64,000 nt of DNA from Raillietiella orientalis. Lineage: Eukaryota. The stretch lies in contig JAYWIR010000024.1 of the NCBI GenBank assembly GCA_036172245.1, positions 2,170,001-2,234,000 on the forward strand, in the 5' to 3' direction. Shown here piece by piece: positions 51,295 through 64,000 of the stretch (its first letter is position 1; each line of letters opens with the position of its first letter). The translations under genes and the position numbers were made by a program. The notes under the pieces were generated by a model that had not been told where the DNA came from, did not search any database, and saw nothing but the letters and a program-made list of their open reading frames with translations.

Positions 51295-54200
51295 TTTTTG
51301 TAACTAAATGAATTCATGAGCATATTTCATTATATTAATCCAGTCTAGACAGTTATTGTAAATAGGTAACAGTGTGTGATGCAGCAAAATATATTTTATT
51401 TGTATGTTATGTAAAAGAATTTATTTAATCATTCTTATAATTATAATTATATAAATTCTTGCCACGTATCCATTCTTATAATTATATGCACTGTCTTGCC
51501 ATTCAGTAGCATGAACTTATGGCAACAGGTACAACAGCATGATATTTATATTTACCATTTTTCAAATGTGCTTAAGTGTTAATAAAAAAGAAGTGTTTCT
51601 TTTTGCTTCTCTTTAGATTATTTATTTTTGAAGCACATCTATTTGTCTAAAATGACTATGCTTGGTTTGGAACCGTTTTTGCAAATAGCAAACCAATGCT
51701 ACAACATGAAGAGCAAAATGGACTGCATCATCCAGGTGTATGTATGTAAGCACAAATTTCATTTCCAGTGTACCCCTACTTGAGGAAGCAGAGCTTATGC
51801 TGGTTTTAAGTTGGCTACCTTGCGACTGCTGTGATGCATCAACTTCTGTTTAAATTCTTTCAAAAACTCACGAAGCAGCATTATCTTTGTGAATAGCTCA
51901 CATGTATATTCAGAAACATATAAACATATTGGAACACACGATTTCTGGTGTATAGAACTTTACTCGAAAAGAGTTCACAAGTATTTCCCAATAACAGTAA
52001 AAAAATAATATTTTCTTTGAAAGAGTTGTTTCGACATCAGCATGTTTAAAAAGCATGCTGCTGTCAATTAGAATTAAGAGTCCTTATGTTCTTGAAATTC
52101 GTTATCTTGTCCATGTGATGAATTGGTCCCCTTAATTGTCTTCAGTAACTGGCAAAAGCATATTTGCATGAACACTAACCAAAATGCTGATTTATACCAT
52201 GATACTTGAATGAGCATTCAGTAGCTTGAAAACCAGTTTTGAAAGTTCAATTATTATGAAAATCTAAGAGTAGCAAAAATCATTGGAACCTACATTTCAC
52301 ATTTTCAGGAAGTCAAAGATACAGGGACATGATCTTGAACATTCAACTAAGCATTTGTGCTTCCAGTCCACATAAGGGCAGTTTCTTGTCAGAATTACTG
52401 CTCATTTCTTGTGCTGGTTATGTGCACTCCAGTGCTCGTCTTTCCCAAAGAACCAACCCGACCAGTCTTGTCATCAGTAGAGCAGCAAGTCTTGAGCAGT
52501 CTTGAGTTTCCTAATTTGGGGGTGTAAATTTCTTTCTCATGCTGGCTGTCATGCCTTTTTAACCGTATTTGTGTACATATTTTTATACTATTCCCACTTT
52601 TTAAATGTAAAACAAGTTCGGAAAAAAGTTGGCTTTTATGTGGAATCACATCAATTCTTGAACTCGTTTTGCTGTAAAGTTTTGCATCTCTCCAGACTAA
52701 GAATCGTTTCGGAGCCATTTATTTTAAAACCCATCGGCATGCGACAGTTGCAATCGACAGCCATATCCTCCACAAAGTATTCTACGGCTCTTCTATGTAG
52801 AAAGCCAAAATCCAGTATAAAGAATGCTGCATAATCAAATCATCGAAGCAGTCATGGGAGTTCTCAATAATGCTTTGAAAACTTTGAAAAGTATCCAGGA
52901 TGATAGTGTTCATTCCGAACACACGCTGATAGGGGATGGATTCACAGTGCTTTTTAGTGTTTACAGATGGCAGCCGACAGAAAAGTTTCCTCTTGCCAAG
53001 TTTCAACATTTCGCCATGAGCATGGCAAGCGTGCAAGCATACATACATCACAGCATTTCATAAATGCATTAGTGACCGATTCCATATAAGAAGTTTCGCT
53101 GGGTATCATCACATATCCAGTGTTGCTCCTCAAGTTCCTTGTATTCCAGAACTTAATTTGCAAGCCTTTTCCATAATTTATGATTTCGTCCCTCTTCACG
53201 TTTTAGAAAAGTAAAGCACATTGAATAATGAATACATATGCACGAATTATGATTGGAATTTGATAAATTTGATGCTTGGAGTATTTTCATTTGGCAGATA
53301 CGTTTATGAATTCTTCAGCTTAGCCTAGTACATAAGCAAAGCAACTTATGGCCCATAGATAAGTGACACTGTGCAAAGGAAACGTTCCAAGGAACCAACT
53401 CTGTAGAAAAGCAGTCAGATGAAAGTTGACATAGATAGTCGTCGGATACTTTTCATACATTGAGGTGGCATCAAGTGGCTGACGTAGCTCAGTTTTAGGT
53501 AGCTCTCATTTGAAGAAATTGAATGTTACTCGGTGATCCCCTGCAGTTCCATTGGGGCAGGAGGCTGCTCACTGAAAGCAGTTCATCATTGCCCCGAATG
53601 GATGGAATAGATGTGCAGGTGAATAACTTTACAAACAAATCTTCCCTACATATTTTTGGAACCGGGCAAAAAGTGCTTTGTATAATAAACGAATCGCTTT
53701 TAAATTGTGCAGTGCCCTTTTAGAAGTGAAAACAAATGCTTGAAACGGCTGTGAACAACTTTTACCAATTAAACATGGAATGTGAAATCGTTAAACTGGC
53801 ACAAAGTTGTAGTGGAAAATACTGGATCCGTTAGAAAATGTCGTTCAGCATGCTCCCTTAACAAGCAGGCAAAAGTAACCAACTAGCAGCACATTGGATG
53901 ACCAGTGTCTTTTGGAGCTATTTTATTTTGACTATATTTTGGGGTGAAATAAGTATATCAAATTAGAGGCACATCACATTCGAACTTATGAATACATTCT
54001 CATCATTCCATCAACTGTGCACAAACTGATAAAACAGCTGGACTGAAATTGACCTTGGCAACAGTTGCCTCCGCACTACCATTCTCTGTGCTGCGTCCGA
54101 ATGACAGCTTCTCATATTGGAACTTCTTGACGGCTACCTTTTTCAGTTTTTCAGCTTACATAAAGACTCTTGAGCTTCCCTGGTACAAGTACCAAGTTAG

Positions 54201-57200
54201 TTATCCCATTCCAGTCGTCTGCACTGAGAAAATGAATAAAAGTGGTGGAAAAATGAGTTGCTTTTGTTAAACAGTAATGCACCCGTAAAACAGGTAACAA
54301 AACACAGCCGTAGAATTAAAACTCACAAGTAAAGCCTTAGTAATCAGTTGTTTCTCAACCAGATCAAATTCCCACATAAATTTAATTTTGCTATTCCCAT
54401 TTGTTTTCCTGATGCAGACTGAATTTGTTATCTATATCTAAATACAAATTTCTTTCTTATAAGAAAGAAAAAGTTTACCTTCTTAAAAGTCTTCCTTTTA
54501 AAAGTGTGTCTGTAAAAACATTCATTAAAACAATTAAAAAAATAATCATTCAGATTTTGTTCTGTATCTTCACGGCATGAAGCACCCTTCCCTGTAGTGT
54601 ATGAGCTAATTAGCATCTAATCAAACAAAATCTCATAAAATGCTGATTTTTGGTAATTGGTTGTTCACGACTGTGGCTGATTAGAAATGCATCTTGATGA
54701 CCCTTCCACGTTCGTTTCTCCTGTGCAAGCTTGTTTGCATCGGCATTAAGACTCTGCAATGCCGAGTTGGCTACCAGTCTTTCTGTTGGAAGTGCGATTC
54801 CACCGCTGTTCGTACATCTTGAGAGGAAAAGGGGTACACCTAGCAAATTTCCTTTGCAGGGACGCAGGCTTCCCGAAATCCCGTCAGTGGAAGTGTAAAA
54901 GCAAATAGACCTCCAAGTGCCCAGACCGTAATCTTGTAAACCACTTAACTCAAGCTGAAATTTCGGAGTCATCTCTGGTTGCACCGAAAATGCAGCAGAG
55001 AATCATTGTAGTTCCTTCCTCTTGATGCTACTGAATGTTATTTAATACTCCTGTTGTAGTTTTCGAATTCTTCGCGGAACTTTTGACATTTCTCCCATAT
55101 TTTGAACAAGATGACGAGATTCAACGATTGAAGCAGGGCGAAATGTATTGAAAGTCGTTGTTAGCAGGCTGTTTTGCTCCCCTAACATGGGAAAATACCA
55201 AAGGTTCTCATATTCTGCCTTCGACTCGGAAAAAAATGTATCCTTAAACTGAAGAGAGCGCGCAGTAACTTTAATGAAAATCAACTTTCAATTAAGCTTA
55301 CACATTCAGTTACCAGAGGCATTACTGGATCAATGGTGAAGTCCCGTGCAGGAATATGTTGACATGTGACACACTGGAAGAACATTGAGCTTTCTGGATT
55401 GGACCTCTATACCTCAGTTTATGAAAATTGCTCTCCCGGTAAAGCTACACAACCATTTGTTTTCCACCACGTTTGAGGATCTCCGTCTGTAGCTACAAAA
55501 TTTGCGATTCCTTTTCTTCCACCGCTACTGTTTCATACTTCAGCAGGATCCTGTGTACACAGGCTTGCAATGCCGTGCCAGAAATCCTGAAACGACAAAA
55601 AATGATGAAACAAGCACATGAACTAAAGTACGCTCTTAAGGAGCTGCTGGACTTGCAGCTCTCCCCGAAGCTAAGATTCTGTGCACTGGTAAATCCCTTC
55701 GTGCGAGTGGAAGCTTTTCACGATGAAGCCCCATTCCCGAATCCTAAAGCCGTGAGGTAATGCATTTACACCAGGAAGCTTCATAGAGAGGAGGTCGGTT
55801 TCAAGTTTAAAACATCTCGGGAGCTGCAAAAGACCTTTGGGTCACATGCCTCCCGGGAACAGGGGATTCCCTAGATGGTCGACAGTGTTTTTGACGATCT
55901 GGTGCCAAAGTTTCGGCATTTCTTGTTATGAATATCGTATACTATTTCATTTTTGCCAGATAAATCGGGAACTTAACATCGACCTATGGAATTTCTTTGA
56001 GCACTCTCGTGTTAGCAGGTGTTCCTATGGTTTGAAAATGCCATGCATCATTTTGAGAAGTTTAGTAATAAAATACGCCAAAAAGTAATGTCTGTCAGCA
56101 ATAGTCAGATGTTCTTCCAGGCATTCAGCTGGAAATCATTCAAAGTGTGCAATGTTTTGGAATGATTTAGAATGACTCTTACAATAGAGGCTTCGATACT
56201 ATTGCTTTGTGACTGGGATGCAGCATCGTGTCAAAATATCTGTTACGTGATTTTTTTAAGACCAAAAAACAAAAAAACCCCTCACTGGGGCCGAGTGGGT
56301 CCGTTAATTAGTGTTAGTGATTCCGTCGGCCATTCCACCACACGTTTGTTCGCACGACTGTCAGAGTGAAACAGGATAGACAGGTCGATCATAAAAATTA
56401 ATAAAATTTGATATGTTTAAACTATGAAAGGTAAATATCAAACCTGGTAAAGCAGTGTGATTTCTATACTCACTAGACGGTTATGGTACTGTATATGCAT
56501 CGTTTTATCCACTCTGATAATCCCCGTTATTTGATCTTGCAAGCATTTTTGTGAACCAACAAATTTCAACTGTGGGAGTTCAGGTGTTGACATCTCCGTA
56601 GATGAAGTGTTAATTTTTGCTTTTTCAGTTTTGGAATCGAAGTTCCTCAAAGCTTAATGTACACTAATTTACAATTTCATGTGGGTGGATGATTTTGGGA
56701 AGCATATCATATGACTATTTTGGTATTAAGAGTTCGAGACAGAAGCAAAAAAAAAAAAAAAAAGAGGATGCCTCAGGAACATTTCCCTTAATCCAAATAA
56801 CTAACTACATTTAGCGACTGATAGCCAATATAGAGACGTTTTTTTTTGACAAGTAGTGACATACCTCCTCAAGAAAAACCCTTTCATTCTTCACAAAAGC
56901 TTGCAAAGGGATCTTCCCTGTGATTAGAGGCAACTTTCAATTTTCTTTCGGGTTTTGATTTTTTGGTGCTGTGCAAATTCAACAGAACCAATGTGTGTGG
57001 GCTGAAAAAGAGATTGTGTTCTCAGTGTATAATGGAAAATGACGATGGAGAAAATAATAAAGAGAACACCAAAAGGTGAACTGTGTGACCTAAAACAAAA
57101 TTAGCTGCAACCCGGCAGAGATGATGAATTGGTTTGGTATCAGCTCTTCATCCGGGATGGTCTTAATTTTGTGTTCAGCTTGGATTGCAAGATTATGGCA

Positions 57201-57579
57201 CAAGATAGTAGGATGGATCAGATTTTGTCACCTACAGTTAGTATTGTGTGAAACTCCTTTTCTGTAAGGTAGTTTCTCTAATTCATCTGAGCTTTCATGC
57301 ATCTCATACGGAAGATTTCCATTCTTATGAAGAGACGCTACTTGTATTTGAATGGACTATTAGAAAGTGTTCATGATGCTGCAAACGATGACAGATAACT
57401 TTTAAGAAATGAAGTCGAAGCAAATTCAGCGAAAATTGAAATTAGCTTCGATATTCTGCCCACACTTAGCGTGGACCAAGGAGTAAAGCAAGCAATATCA
57501 CAATTTTCCGACATCCCTTAGAATTCGTGGAAACAGATACAAATCAAAGACAAACCTTAATTCACGTGCCTGAAGTCCT

Positions 57580-57790
57580 GAGAGGCACAAAACCCGGAAA
57601 CCGGGATATATAACATATACCTGCAAAGAGAGCATACTATCATTCGCAGAATGCTTATTATATATAATGACGTCATGGCAACTACTTCCATTTTTAAGCA
57701 TCTTGTGATTGATGTAGCCGCTCCCATAACTTTTAGCGTAGTATGCGGCGTGTGCTTGCGAATGTCTTGTTGATAAAAATGAGGTTTACC
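57580..57790 (+). promoter_or_regulatory. Putative promoter and non-coding first exon of the G-beta gene
   Basis: Local CpG cluster with a perfect CRE palindrome TGACGTCA at 57668-57675 and a donor-like GAG|GTTTAC at ~57784. The first coding exon is preceded by an acceptor (TTTCTAG, 59168), which implies an upstream exon. Confidence 0.35.
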
Positions 57791-59177
57791 TTTTTAAAGA
57801 ATTGAAATTTCACAGACGAAGCTTAGTTTTCGACATCAGATCGTACATTTGTAGTTTGCTTATCGTGTAAGCCCATAGTTTCACTAACAGGGATTGATTC
57901 TGTGTTGCGAAAGTTGGTTATCTGTGATAATCTAACCGTTTGAATGTAGGTGAGTTCGGTAAGACAGTGAATTCGTTTATTCATTTGATTCTCCCAAATC
58001 TGGGAATCCACCAAGATCATGCATACAAGTAAAATTATTTGCATTTATGGTTATGCAACTTGAAAATTAGGGATGTTTTTGCCCAGCCACCATAAGAGTT
58101 TTTTTTAATGCAATATGTATATATTTGTCGTGGAATTGTATCGTATGAAAACCCTCAAATTCAAAATTGGGATTTTGAGCTTTATTTTCCTGAATCAAGT
58201 TTTTTCCCTTTGCAACCTTGAGTTCTCACAAAACAACAGTTAAATTTCAGGGTTGTACTATAAAGTTGCATTAATGGATTAGGGTGGATTTAAAGTTTTA
58301 GATTTTAGTTTTTGCAAGTTTACTCCTATTTAGAAGACAATCCATTAAATTCTTGGGTATCCATTGTAATGTAACAATATGTATTACATACAACGAGCAT
58401 GTGCAGATAAATTTGTTATGAAAGTTGCATGCACTTCATTTCCAGTTAATGCCATTTTAAGACGTTTTTGCCCCCGAAGCACGTGATAGATGTGAATTTA
58501 GTGGTTTTCCATTAAGGTTGAAGCATTTCTAGTGTTATACGTAAGAAAACGGAAACATAAAATGATAATTTCATCAGAGAATATTCAGTTTTGCTAATCA
58601 AGTTGTAATCCTTTAGTACAACTCTATAAATTTGTAAATGCTTGCAAATGAAACGTTAATCTGTAATCATTTATGGAGCGAACACTTGGTATTCATTTTA
58701 AATATGTCCAAGATTTGTATTTGTTTCAAAATAGCAACTTCATCCCAGCATTCCATTATTCACATTTCAGAGTAGCCGGTATTCACACCAAGTATCTGCT
58801 AATTCACATTATTAGCTGTAGTAATTAGTGTTTAATTTAGTTTTTAGGCGCATCATGCAGGCTACAGTTTTTTAATTGGTGATTCACTTTTTTAGTTCAG
58901 TATTTTAAAGTGTGAGAGTTATTTATGTTACCTGTGTTCAAGTTGATTAGATGATCCTAAAATCTTATACTCTTTTGTAAATAAAAGATTTCTTCGTACC
59001 ATACCTTCATTGTTAAAATAATTTCATTAAATGAAGATATTTTTTACCTTGTTATTTCTAAGCTTTAAAAATCTTGGTACATTTCATTGAATCACTGTGT
59101 GTGTGCATATATTTGTTTAAGTATCCATTGTTATCAATTTGTTTTATCTCTTAACTATTTGTTTCTAGATTCCCAAC

Positions 59178-63458
<4,281 letters not shown>

Positions 63459-64000
63459 GTTCGCTTCATCGGAAAAAAGAAAAAAAGAAAAAAAAAAAAA
63501 AACGAAATACCGGAACAAAAAGAGATATTTCTAGCTGTAAATCGGAACGCATGTTAGCCCTGTTGCTGCCCTACACGCATATTAGTGTCGCCATAATCTT
63601 GTTATCCTTCCTGAGGTTTCCGCGCCCATTGTGTACCATGTAACCGAAGACACTTCCTCCGTCGCACGACAAAGTGTGTTGGTACGATGCTGTGTCAGCT
63701 GCACCGTCATCAATCCCGTTTCATCCGATGAAAAAAAAGAAAGGAAAAAAGGGGGGAAAAAAAAGGGGGGGTGGGCGGTCGGTCGGTCGGTCGGGGGAGA
63801 GAGAGAGAGAGAAAAGCGCGATGTTCAAGATCCGTTACAGAACAGTGGTTATTATTAGTAGCAGACGTTCTCTTCCTGCAACCTGATTTTTCGTCTTTCT
63901 CAAGTTGATGGATCCCAAGTGCTGGCAGGGATGATCGTGTGACAAACAGAAGAAGTTGCGCGTGCATTGTACGTGTGTGGGAGCTTGTGTGCTTGCTGCG

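Overview
Animal (probably invertebrate) nuclear DNA with GT-AG introns, some only 44-61 nt, and alternating GC/CpG-rich and AT-rich CpG-poor blocks. No prokaryotic features, CRISPR arrays, rRNA or tRNA were seen. Well-supported genes are a 7-exon aldo-keto reductase (-, 5509-14254), a GST-fold gene with an N-terminal hydrophobic anchor nested in its intron 4 (-, 8015-8854), ADAT1 (+, 17518-18843), a ZC3H10-like CCCH zinc-finger gene (+, 50143-51294) and an 8-exon, 340-aa G-protein beta subunit (+, 59178-63458). Also present are an orphan ~344-aa ORF (31241-32275), a partial low-complexity ORF at the left edge and a decayed piggyBac element (~33.6-34.2 kb). The most notable unexplained items are a two-exon, 82-aa candidate peptide precursor (signal peptide, Q-peptide, GKR, Cys-containing peptide; -, 4117-4437), a ~280-bp inverted repeat with G:U-biased mismatches (35.86-37.68 kb), a possible alternative Cys-rich AKR N-terminus, and antisense exon-like segments inside introns. 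All exon coordinates were worked out by eye; no database searches were run.
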